Shown: piece after piece, positions 8,492 through 15,816 of the stretch
Position numbering within the stretch: the stretch's first letter is position 1
Layout of the letters: every line of letters starts with the position of its first letter
UHGV virus genome: UHGV-0256221
Length of the DNA stretch: 22,773 nt
Source: a virus
Reading direction: 5' to 3' (one strand)
Made by a program: the position numbers and the translations under genes
Notes under the pieces: model-generated
What the model was told of the DNA's origin: nothing
The model's database searches: none
What the model saw: only the letters and a program-made list of their open reading frames with translations

Positions 8492-8570
8492 CTCAATCCC
8501 CTCGTTTGCCCTTGTCGCCAGGCCAGCGGAACGTTTGAACTTGATGCGCTTAGTGTTTCTCGATGGGGTG

Positions 8571-8612
8571 ATGATAGCTAAGGCGATTTATTTTATCAAT
8601 CGCTTAAACGAT
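8571..8612 (-). promoter_or_regulatory. Putative PL promoter with OL operator half-sites
   Basis: Leftward strand: -35 TTGATA, 17-bp spacer, -10 TATCAT; overlaps ATAGC-N4-GCGAT and ATCGC-N4-ACGAT elements matching the OR repeats. Confidence 0.4.
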
Positions 8613-8936
8613 AATATTGTGATTTTGCCGATTATTATTTGATTTATAAAGTGATTTATTTTTGTATGAGATGCGTGATATGCTCAAAAAAACACCAGGC
8701 GGGGATATTGATATGGGTTTAGGAATGGATATGTCACGTGATGAGCTGCTGGAAGATCGCGCTGCTTTCATGGCTGGCGAGATTGGCGGTGCAGTTGTCG
8801 AGTAGATAATCAACGGTGTGGTGATAAGTCGAGATGCGATAGTAGATAGCTTGGAGACTAAGCGTCGCGCGGTTGGAAATGTGATTCACAAAGGAGTGTT
8901 GTGGGATGTCACTGCTATGGTGAGAAAAGGAATATG

Positions 8937-8970
8937 AAAACCGGCATAATGCCGGTTTACTTTGATTTTT
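8937..8970. terminator. Bidirectional intrinsic terminator at the end of the repressor-linked operon
   Basis: AAAACCGGC-ATAAT-GCCGGTTT hairpin with T-runs on both strands; overlaps the stop codon of the 210-aa gene. Confidence 0.55.
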
Positions 8971-9589
8971 CCTGTTGGTGAAGTACTCGTGGAGTAGTTG
9001 GTTCTTGAGGTAATTGGATGATAACAGGTTGCTGCGCTACTGGTTGAACTACGGGCGGATCACTCTTCAAGGCAGAAACAAGACTAGGTAATGCAACGAC
9101 AACCGCAATGATAACGCCAAAAATAGCAAGCCTAGTGGAAATACCTGATTGAATACCGCCAATCGCAGTGTTTATTCCTGTAATTTGCCCTTGTATACCT
9201 TCGAATTTGCCATTGATGGCTTTTACATCCCCATCAACGCTATCCATTTTCCCTTCAATTTTAGAAGAAATAGAGCTAATAGATGAATTGAGCGATGCCA
9301 GCTGAACGTTCATATTCTCGCGTGACAAAGCCATTTCAGCTCTAATCGAAGATGCAATGGACTCCATCTCCGCCTTATTGGCAGCTAGAAGTGCTTGCAT
9401 TTCTTCACGGCTAACTGATGACATTTCATTTCCCCCATCAGTTTCATTAGCTTCATCTGTTGATTTGATAAAGTTAGTATACATTTCTTCTTTATCGACG
9501 CGTAGTCTGTTTTGAACATTGGGGTACAGGTCATCTTTATCAATGCCAGAACCGCAGTCTGGGACAGCTTTGAGAGATGGGCCCATCAC
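8957..9589 (-). CDS. Tail-anchored coiled-coil membrane protein (candidate exclusion / abortive-infection effector)
   Basis: 210 aa; long heptad-like Ser/Ala/Glu-rich region, single C-terminal hydrophobic helix (LAIFGVIIAVVVALPSLVSAL), Pro/Gln-rich tail; start overlaps the upstream stop (ATGA); AT-rich. Confidence 0.55.
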   Translation of the reverse strand: MMGPSLKAVPDCGSGIDKDDLYPNVQNRLRVDKEEMYTNFIKSTDEANETDGGNEMSSVSREEMQALLAANKAEMESIASSIRAEMALSRENMNVQLASLNSSISSISSKIEGKMDSVDGDVKAINGKFEGIQGQITGINTAIGGIQSGISTRLAIFGVIIAVVVALPSLVSALKSDPPVVQPVAQQPVIIQLPQEPTTPRVLHQQEKSK

Positions 9590-9948
9590 TTCCCATCCTC
9601 TCCTTGATCTTCTTTTCTTTTATTAATCAGTGTCCTGGCTTTTTTATAAGAAAAAAGCAGTACATGTGCGCAGTGATCACACGTGATTCGAAATAGTGGC
9701 ATACCGCCAGGATATGTCACAGCACTATCAGTATCAGGTTTGTATTGTGCATAACTAAGTGTTTCGATCACATGATGTTTTGGCTGATTTTCTTCTACAT
9801 CAAGATCAAAGGCACCAACTACAGACCATGACTGGTTCCCGCAGATTTGGCAAGTTATTGGTTTTTTGAATGAATTTATGAAATCAATGAACTCATCCGC
9901 TGTGATAATCTCGGAGTTTGCTTCACTATGAAATAATTCCGATTTCAT
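9586..9948 (-). CDS. Zinc-ribbon protein, first gene downstream of the repressor gene
   Basis: ORF 9586..9972 (TTG); likely ATG at 9948 (MKSELFH) with AAGGA RBS; CQICG ... CDHCAH; only 44 bp after the repressor stop, no terminator between; AT-rich. Confidence 0.5.
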   Translation of the reverse strand: MKSELFHSEANSEIITADEFIDFINSFKKPITCQICGNQSWSVVGAFDLDVEENQPKHHVIETLSYAQYKPDTDSAVTYPGGMPLFRITCDHCAHVLLFSYKKARTLINKRKEDQGEDGK

Positions 9949-9992
9949 AATTATGATCCTTTTTTGGGCCAAAGTAGATAAAAAGTACAGTT

Positions 9993-10676
9993 TTACAATC
10001 GGTTATACTTTATTGATTCATGAATCAATGCCTTACCCATTACGTAGAGTTGATCCTGATTACCTTCGTTAATGTACCACTTCTCATAAGCTGAGTTATC
10101 AGACAAAACTGCCAACCTATCGCCCTGCATCTGCAAGCGCTTCACATGGAAATGTTGTCCGAAAACGAACGCATAAACACCGTCGACCTTGAAGTTTCTT
10201 ACAGAAATATCGAAAAACAATCTGTCACCAGACTGTATAGTTGGACACATGCTGTCGCCATCGACCGTCATTACTTTTACGTCTTCCTGAGAACGATTTC
10301 CGAAGAGTGAACGAGCGTGTTCGGTTGTGAACTCAATGGCGTGTAGAACCTCAACAAACTCAGAAATCATGAAAGAACCTGGCCCCGCGCTAAATGTCAG
10401 GTCAAGTACGTCAACTCTGAATATGTTTGAGTCTTTTTTTGTCGCGGTAATGGGAGGCGGTAGCTGGCCATCGTTACGCATCGGTCCGGATCCCGTGGAA
10501 AGCCATTCAGGGCGAACATTGAGAACAGAAGCTATCTCGACCGTTTTTCTTGAGCTTGATGCACCATTTAGCAGCTTGTTAACACTTGACTGTGCCATGC
10601 CAACTGCCTTAGCTAGCTTGCCCTGTGTATAACCCGCCTCATTCATTGCGCGATCTAATCGCTCAGAAAAACTCAT
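9993..10676 (-). CDS. CI-like repressor (N-terminal HTH, C-terminal S24 LexA-like peptidase domain)
   Basis: 227 aa; HTH (YTQGKLAKAVGMAQSSVNKLL); S24 motifs (GDSMCPT, KR); divergent from the cro-like gene across an operator-rich region. Confidence 0.85.
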   Translation of the reverse strand: MSFSERLDRAMNEAGYTQGKLAKAVGMAQSSVNKLLNGASSSRKTVEIASVLNVRPEWLSTGSGPMRNDGQLPPPITATKKDSNIFRVDVLDLTFSAGPGSFMISEFVEVLHAIEFTTEHARSLFGNRSQEDVKVMTVDGDSMCPTIQSGDRLFFDISVRNFKVDGVYAFVFGQHFHVKRLQMQGDRLAVLSDNSAYEKWYINEGNQDQLYVMGKALIHESIKYNRL

Positions 10677-10707
10677 TAAAGATACCCCCTAATAACCTTC
10701 ATAAATA

Positions 10708-10778
10708 TTATCGCCACAGCGATTAATAAGCAAAAAATCGCATAGGCGATTGACATTCGTTAAAGCGATAAACATAAT
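10708..10778. promoter_or_regulatory. OR operator cluster with PR (and presumed divergent PRM)
   Basis: Three ATCGC-N4-GCGAT elements (about 10710-10723, 10737-10750, weaker 10756-10769); PR -35 TTGACA (10750-10755), 17-bp spacer, -10 CATAAT (10773-10778). Confidence 0.6.
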
Positions 10779-10805
10779 CAACCTAAATTGATAGAAGGAG
10801 CGATT

Positions 10806-11036
10806 ATGAAAAACCCTGCTGTAGAAAAAGCGATTGCAATCGCCGGTAGTCAGAAAGAGCTAGCGAAGCGATGTGGTAAGGCCCAATCCACGGTCTGTGA
10901 CTGGTTAAATGGGAAAAAACAAATCTCCCCGATCCATGTTCCTGTTTTGGTAAAGGCAAGCGAAGGACAGATTCAAGCTCATGAATTCCGTCCCGACCTT
11001 CCTGAATTGTTTCCGCATCCACATTCAGCCGCCTGA
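10806..11036 (+). CDS. Cro-like / YdaS-family HTH regulator
   Basis: ORF 10788..11036; ATG at 10806 with GAAGGAG RBS; small HTH protein (SQKELAKRCGKAQSTVCDWLNG) transcribed from PR. Confidence 0.7.
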   Translation: MKNPAVEKAIAIAGSQKELAKRCGKAQSTVCDWLNGKKQISPIHVPVLVKASEGQIQAHEFRPDLPELFPHPHSAA

Positions 11037-11067
11037 CCGGCGGCGCTAACCATCAAGGGAAAGCACT

Positions 11068-11607
11068 ATGCAATCACTTACGTTTTACCAGGATACAGGA
11101 TTGCCGCAGCAGGCGGTGATAAATCGTGCTCAAGCGTGCAAGGGACCTAGCCATGAAGATATTCGTGATGCCGTTCGCTCATGGGCGGGTGTAGATGGTC
11201 AGGATGTCGTTTCTGCTCTGATCATCGAAGAGTACCAGGCGCAGGGTGGTGATGACATCACTTTCCCTGATGATCTCTGCCGAAAGCGCCAGAAGCTGTT
11301 TCGCTTCCTGGACAACCACTTCAACAGCGAGCGTTACCGCGAGAACGTCCGCCAGCTGACTCCGGCAATCCTCGCTGTCTTGCCGATTGTGTACCGCAGT
11401 CGCCTGCTGCCAGAAGACAACATCATGGCTCGCCTGGCACGTATGGAGAAAGAAACCAGCGAAGCAAAGATTGCCGTCGCAATGGATGCGCCACGCCATC
11501 AAAAGCTGAAAGAGTTGAGCGAGGGGATCGTGGAGATGTATCGCGTTGACCCTGGGTTAACCGGTCCACTGATGGAGATGGTGCAGATGATGCTGGGGGC
11601 TATATGA
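11068..11607 (+). CDS. YdaT-like protein in the CII position
   Basis: 179 aa directly after the cro-like gene; PAILAVLP segment resembles Rac YdaT (from memory). Confidence 0.5.
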   Translation: MQSLTFYQDTGLPQQAVINRAQACKGPSHEDIRDAVRSWAGVDGQDVVSALIIEEYQAQGGDDITFPDDLCRKRQKLFRFLDNHFNSERYRENVRQLTPAILAVLPIVYRSRLLPEDNIMARLARMEKETSEAKIAVAMDAPRHQKLKELSEGIVEMYRVDPGLTGPLMEMVQMMLGAI

Positions 11608-11691
11608 CCGGTTCAAAAATGGCGAAAGCCGCGGTGCGCGAACACCAACGGCTTTCAGGTGCAAAAACAGTGCGTAATTGCGGAGAACAGT

Positions 11692-12600
11692 ATGTCAAAC
11701 ACCGCTGAAATAATCAATTTCCCAAATAAAACCGAACAACCGGGAGGTCGTATGGCCGACCTGTCGAACGGGTATACCAAGGTCGCTAACGAGATCCAAC
11801 AGCTTAAGCCTCGCCTGAGACTGTCAGGCCGGGAATGGCAATGTTTTGAGGCGGTGATCTGGCTTACCTACGGCTGGAACAAGAAACAGGACCGCGTGAC
11901 AAATACGGTTATTGCCGAGCTTACGGGCCTGAGCGATACGCATGTATCGGACGCGCTCAAGTCTCTCGCAGAACGCAAAATCATCTTTTCACAGAAGCAG
12001 GGCATGATGAAAATCGTCGGTGTAAACACTGACCTTTCAGCATGGATTTTAGACAAACCGGAAACGGGAAGAAAATTCCCGAAAACGGGAAAATCCTTCC
12101 CGAAATCAGGAATAACCTTCCCGAAAACGGTAGACACCCAATACAAGAACAAGAACAGTATTAAAAGATCTTCGTCCGAGAATTCTGACGAATCCTCTGA
12201 CGCACGTCTGAAGAAATTTTTATCAACTCATCCTGAAGCTGCGGTCTACACACCATCCGGTGCGAAGTGGGGCTCTGCTGAAGACCTCAAGACAGCTAAG
12301 TGGATTTCCTCCAGGGTGAAGCTGATTAACCCAACCTGCAAAGCCCCGGACATGACCTCCTGGTCTAACACTGTTCGCCTGATGCGCCAGATAGACAACC
12401 GGTCGCACCAGGACATCTGCGCGCTGTATGACTGGGCTAGCAAACACCACTTCTGGCAGACCAACATCCTGAGTCCCGAAAGCCTGCGTAAGCAGTGGGA
12501 CAAGCTGACAATGCAACGCAACGCTGGTGGTGAGCAACGCACCGGAAAGCCAGATCTGGACTTCAACAACACTGACTGGGCCTATGGGGTGATGCCATGA
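11692..12600 (+). CDS. O: Replication initiator O (lambda O-like)
   Basis: ORF 11659..12600; start refined to ATG 11692 (MSNTAEIINFPN, GGAG RBS); N-terminus aligns with lambda O; ori iterons inside the gene; stop overlaps the P start. Confidence 0.8.
   Translation: MSNTAEIINFPNKTEQPGGRMADLSNGYTKVANEIQQLKPRLRLSGREWQCFEAVIWLTYGWNKKQDRVTNTVIAELTGLSDTHVSDALKSLAERKIIFSQKQGMMKIVGVNTDLSAWILDKPETGRKFPKTGKSFPKSGITFPKTVDTQYKNKNSIKRSSSENSDESSDARLKKFLSTHPEAAVYTPSGAKWGSAEDLKTAKWISSRVKLINPTCKAPDMTSWSNTVRLMRQIDNRSHQDICALYDWASKHHFWQTNILSPESLRKQWDKLTMQRNAGGEQRTGKPDLDFNNTDWAYGVMP
12055..12180. repeat. ori-lambda-like origin: four iterons at 21-bp spacing plus AT-rich tract
   Basis: AAACCGGAAACGGGAA, TTCCCGAAAACGGGAA, TTCCCGAAATCAGGAA, TTCCCGAAAACGGTAG starting near 12055, 12076, 12097, 12118; followed by caatacaagaacaagaacagtattaaaagatc. 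Confidence 0.7.
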
Positions 12601-13286
12601 AATCTCTTGCAGAGCAGATGCGCAACCACGACCGCGAGCAGATGAGCCGCATGGCCCATAACCTGCCAGAACAGTACCAGGAGCGTGCACCGGTCGAGCA
12701 GGTTGCGCAGGTATTCAACAAGCTGTTCAACGAGCTGCGCGCCGCGTTCCCGGCCAGCATGGCGAACTTCCGCAGTCAGGACGACCTGAACGAATTCCGC
12801 CGTCAGTGGCTGCTGGCGTTTCAGGAGAACGGGATCCACTCAATGGCCCAAGTCGATGCTGGTATGCGCATTGCCCGCCGCCAGGAGCGTCCATTCCTGC
12901 CGTCGCCGGGCCAGTTCGTAGCATGGTGCAAACAGAGTGGCGGGGCGCTGGGTATCACCGTTGACCAGGTGATCGCCGAATACTGGGACTGGCGTAACCG
13001 TTCGTTCGAATTCACATCCAGTGAGCAATTCCCTTGGTCGAAGCCGGTCATGTACCACATCTGCGTCGAACTGCGCCACCGCAGCACAGAGCGCCAGTTA
13101 ACGCATGGTGAACTTGAGCGCGAAGCTGGCGATCTGCTGGATATGTGGGAGAAGCGTGTCACTGAGGGTAAGCCTGTGCCGCCGGTACGCCGGGCAATTG
13201 CAGCACCTGCCGCCGAGCATGGTCCTACGCCGATCCAGCTGCTTAAGGCGAAGTACAACCGCAACAAGTCGAACGGGATGGTGTGA
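12597..13286 (+). CDS. P: Replication protein P (helicase loader, lambda P-like)
   Basis: 229 aa; N-terminal half closely parallels lambda P as recalled (EQM..R.A.N.PEQY, VAQ, RRQ.RPFLPSPGQFVAWC). Confidence 0.85.
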   Translation: MKSLAEQMRNHDREQMSRMAHNLPEQYQERAPVEQVAQVFNKLFNELRAAFPASMANFRSQDDLNEFRRQWLLAFQENGIHSMAQVDAGMRIARRQERPFLPSPGQFVAWCKQSGGALGITVDQVIAEYWDWRNRSFEFTSSEQFPWSKPVMYHICVELRHRSTERQLTHGELEREAGDLLDMWEKRVTEGKPVPPVRRAIAAPAAEHGPTPIQLLKAKYNRNKSNGMV

Positions 13287-13287
13287 G

Positions 13288-13629
13288 ATGGCCATAACAA
13301 TTCGTGAGCAACTGCTGGCAGCACTGCGTAATAACCCAGGGCTTAACTCCGCGCTACTGGCCTCAATGGTTGGCATGACCAGCAAAAAGATATCGGGAAC
13401 GATTAGCGCACTGATGGCCGATGGGTTGATTTCCTGTGAAGGCCGCTATGGCCAGCGTCTGTATAGCCTGACCAGTTACGGAATGCGCTATGCAGCTGAC
13501 ACAGTACCAGGCAGGAAGATTGGCACGACGAAGTTAATTCAGCGGACGGACACAAACGTGATCTGCCAGGAGTGCCGCAATAGCGCGGTGATGAAACGAA
13601 TTTTAAGCGTATACGGGGTGAGAGCATGA
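13288..13629 (+). CDS. Hypothetical winged-helix-like protein
   Basis: ATG at 13288 (MAITIREQLLAALRNNPGL); the longer 13105 ORF overlaps P and is rejected. Confidence 0.45.
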   Translation: MAITIREQLLAALRNNPGLNSALLASMVGMTSKKISGTISALMADGLISCEGRYGQRLYSLTSYGMRYAADTVPGRKIGTTKLIQRTDTNVICQECRNSAVMKRILSVYGVRA

Positions 13630-14114
13630 AACCAACCTATGAAGAACTTGAGCAGCAGCTTGCAGAATCACATCGCGCTCTGCGTGCAGAGACTACTGCT
13701 CACGATCACGTGAAGATGCATCTGGAGAAGATGGCTGCGGAGAATGCGGCACTGAAGAAGTTCTGCAAAGACGCTGCATTCGATGCCGATTACGAAGCAG
13801 AGCTAGGTATGGAGCGTGGTGGATTCAGTGATGCACTTAACGATATCGAAACCACAGCCACCGACGCTTTCCTGGCTGAAGTGAAGACTGAAGCACGCAA
13901 GGAGGGCGCTTACTTTGTGGCGAACAGAATGCTGGCTGCCTGGGAAGCTGGTTTTATTGATGATACTGCGAAGAACGCCGCGGATATTGCCCGGATGATT
14001 CTTACCTCTACTGAGTTTATGGCTAATGCGCCGGAAGGCGATTTTGACCGCTCATTCTCTGATGGCGTACTCGAAGACATCGCTGCCCAGCTTCGCAAAG
14101 GAGTGCAGTCATGA
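13626..14114 (+). CDS. Hypothetical nin-region protein (acidic, coiled-coil N-terminus)
   Basis: 162 aa; start overlaps previous stop. Confidence 0.5.
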   Translation: MKPTYEELEQQLAESHRALRAETTAHDHVKMHLEKMAAENAALKKFCKDAAFDADYEAELGMERGGFSDALNDIETTATDAFLAEVKTEARKEGAYFVANRMLAAWEAGFIDDTAKNAADIARMILTSTEFMANAPEGDFDRSFSDGVLEDIAAQLRKGVQS

Positions 14115-14371
14115 GCATTCTTGAAATTCTAAACACTGGCCTCGCTCTGATGGGGTGGTTATTCATCATGTTCAAAACGGGCCAGTGGTTTATCTCCATT
14201 GCGCTAAAGCAGTGGGATAAGCGTAGAAAGCTATCTCGTAGACAGAAGGCAGTAAACGAATTTTACGATGCGTTTGACCTGTCCAGCATCGAACCAGGAA
14301 CAACGGTGCGCCTGGCGACTAAAGGCGATCTGACAATCATGATGTATCGCACAGAAGGATCCGCCCAATGA
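14111..14371 (+). CDS. Small membrane protein
   Basis: 86 aa; N-terminal hydrophobic stretch (LALMGWLFIMF); coupled to neighbours. Confidence 0.4.
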   Translation: MSILEILNTGLALMGWLFIMFKTGQWFISIALKQWDKRRKLSRRQKAVNEFYDAFDLSSIEPGTTVRLATKGDLTIMMYRTEGSAQ

Positions 14372-14754
14372 GCAACATCGACAAACAGGCGCTGCGTGAA
14401 GCGGCGGAGAAGGCGACAAAAGGTCAGTGGGCTGTTGAGTTCGACGATGAGATTTACTCCACTGATGGCGTGAACCATGAGCAAATAGCCATGGTATTCA
14501 GTGAAAACGAAGCGCGTGATGCTGCATTTATCGCCGCAGCCAACCCCGCCACCGTGCTGGCGCTGCTGGATGAGCTGGAAGCCGCAGAGAAGCGCATAGC
14601 AGAACTGGAGGCGCGGACGGTGAAGCTGCCCGAATATCGCAATTCACCGGACATGCACACAAAACAGTTTTATGAGGCTATCGGATTTAATCAGGGGCTT
14701 GATGTTTTCATAGAAGCACTCCGCGCCGCTGGCATTGGCGTGAAGGGGGAGTGA
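14368..14754 (+). CDS. Ead/Ea22-like protein
   Basis: MSNIDKQALREAAEKATKGQW N-terminus typical of Ead/Ea22-like proteins (from memory). Confidence 0.55.
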   Translation: MSNIDKQALREAAEKATKGQWAVEFDDEIYSTDGVNHEQIAMVFSENEARDAAFIAAANPATVLALLDELEAAEKRIAELEARTVKLPEYRNSPDMHTKQFYEAIGFNQGLDVFIEALRAAGIGVKGE

Positions 14755-14755
14755 G

Positions 14756-15064
14756 ATGGATAAATTAATCAAACCTACTACCAAAGGTAAACATGATGGT
14801 TCATGTGATTATCTTTGCTCGGACGATGCGCGATTCATCGTTATGCGCGGCGATTATACGGAAGCGGAAATAATTCAGGCTTCTGTGTACCAAGATGTAA
14901 TCGACTCGGATGGCGCGGCTGATTTTGCAAGTAGCGCCCGCTATTACCAGTGCTGGTACAAAGTTAGCCCAGTAGGTGGTCAGGATGGCTATTCAGGCTG
15001 GCATCATCCTCGTGACTCGCCGTGTCGCGGTGCATATTTCGCATCAGTTTTGCAATGGGATTAA
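14756..15064 (+). CDS. Hypothetical nin-region protein
   Basis: 102-aa ORF in the coupled gene string. Confidence 0.4.
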   Translation: MDKLIKPTTKGKHDGSCDYLCSDDARFIVMRGDYTEAEIIQASVYQDVIDSDGAADFASSARYYQCWYKVSPVGGQDGYSGWHHPRDSPCRGAYFASVLQWD

Positions 15065-15077
15065 GGAGGACTAACCC

Positions 15078-15404
15078 ATGACAACTAACAACCACCCGGC
15101 GCACGGTCCTGTATCACTCGATCGCCTGCACCAGATAAGCGAAATACTCAGCAACGCAGCAGCACAAAGCGACGGCGGTAATCTCGGCTACGCAATGGCT
15201 GATGCTGTGAAGGTGATTGATGAAGTGCTGGCGGCGCGCGCTGAAACCGTGAAGCTGCCGGCAGGGTACAACGTCCGACCTGGGCATCCAATTAACGAAT
15301 CAGAGCGCGGCGTAATGATCCCCAAAGATAACGGCCAATGGCTTTCGCGTTTCGACGTTGAGCATGCCCTGCGAGTGGCGGGCGTCAGATTTAAGGAGGA
15401 CTGA
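15078..15404 (+). CDS. Hypothetical nin-region protein
   Basis: 108 aa; AGGAGGA RBS upstream. Confidence 0.45.
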   Translation: MTTNNHPAHGPVSLDRLHQISEILSNAAAQSDGGNLGYAMADAVKVIDEVLAARAETVKLPAGYNVRPGHPINESERGVMIPKDNGQWLSRFDVEHALRVAGVRFKED

Positions 15405-15661
15405 TGGAACCTCAACTGGAATACGCCACGAAACGCATCGTCGAACTGGAAAACCTGCTGCTGGTGGATGTGACCGAAACCGTCTGGCCTGCTGAGGTGG
15501 GAATGGTATATAGCCAGATTGAAAGTGCCGGGGATCTCCCGGCGCATCACCAGCGCCGCCTGAAGCATCACATCAACCGTATGTGGCTGGAGAAAATGCC
15601 GGTACCAGCCATCGTAAACGCCGCCCAGTCACTGGCCACCGCTATGGAGAAATACGCGTGA
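15404..15661 (+). CDS. Hypothetical nin-region protein
   Basis: 85 aa; stop overlaps the GTG start of the methyltransferase-like gene. Confidence 0.45.
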   Translation: MEPQLEYATKRIVELENLLLVDVTETVWPAEVGMVYSQIESAGDLPAHHQRRLKHHINRMWLEKMPVPAIVNAAQSLATAMEKYA

Positions 15662-15816
15662 GAGAAATCATCGTTGATAACTTTGCCGGCGGCGGCGGGG
15701 CGAGCACGGGCATTGAGCTGGCGATCGGTCGTAGTGTGGATATTGCGATTAACCACGACCCGAACGCTGTTGCGATGCACACTACGAACCACCCGGATAC
15801 ACTGCACTACTGGTGA
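15658..15816 (+). CDS. C5-methyltransferase N-terminal segment (motif I), ends at an in-frame stop
   Basis: GTG at 15658; translation (M)REIIVDNFAGGGGASTG...NHPDTLHYW-stop carries the AdoMet motif I; the rest of the enzyme continues in another frame. Confidence 0.5.
   Translation: MREIIVDNFAGGGGASTGIELAIGRSVDIAINHDPNAVAMHTTNHPDTLHYW

Noticed and set aside
8604-8813. 69-aa minus-strand ORF in the OL/PL region
   Set aside because: Extremely low-complexity translation (Ser/Ile/Asn runs) in an AT-rich promoter/operator region; no RBS.
8881-8990. Tiny ORFs with AGGA-type RBS across the bidirectional terminator (5 and 15 codons)
   Set aside because: Too short to support; they overlap the terminator hairpin and the 3' end of the 210-aa gene, so the RBS-like sequences are probably coincidental.
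10327-10632. 101-aa plus-strand ORF
   Set aside because: Entirely antisense within the cI-like repressor gene, which has clear HTH and S24 motifs.
13105-13287. Upstream extension of the 13288 gene overlapping replication gene P
   Set aside because: It overlaps the 3' end of the well-supported P gene in another frame; the ATG at 13288 sits immediately after the P stop.
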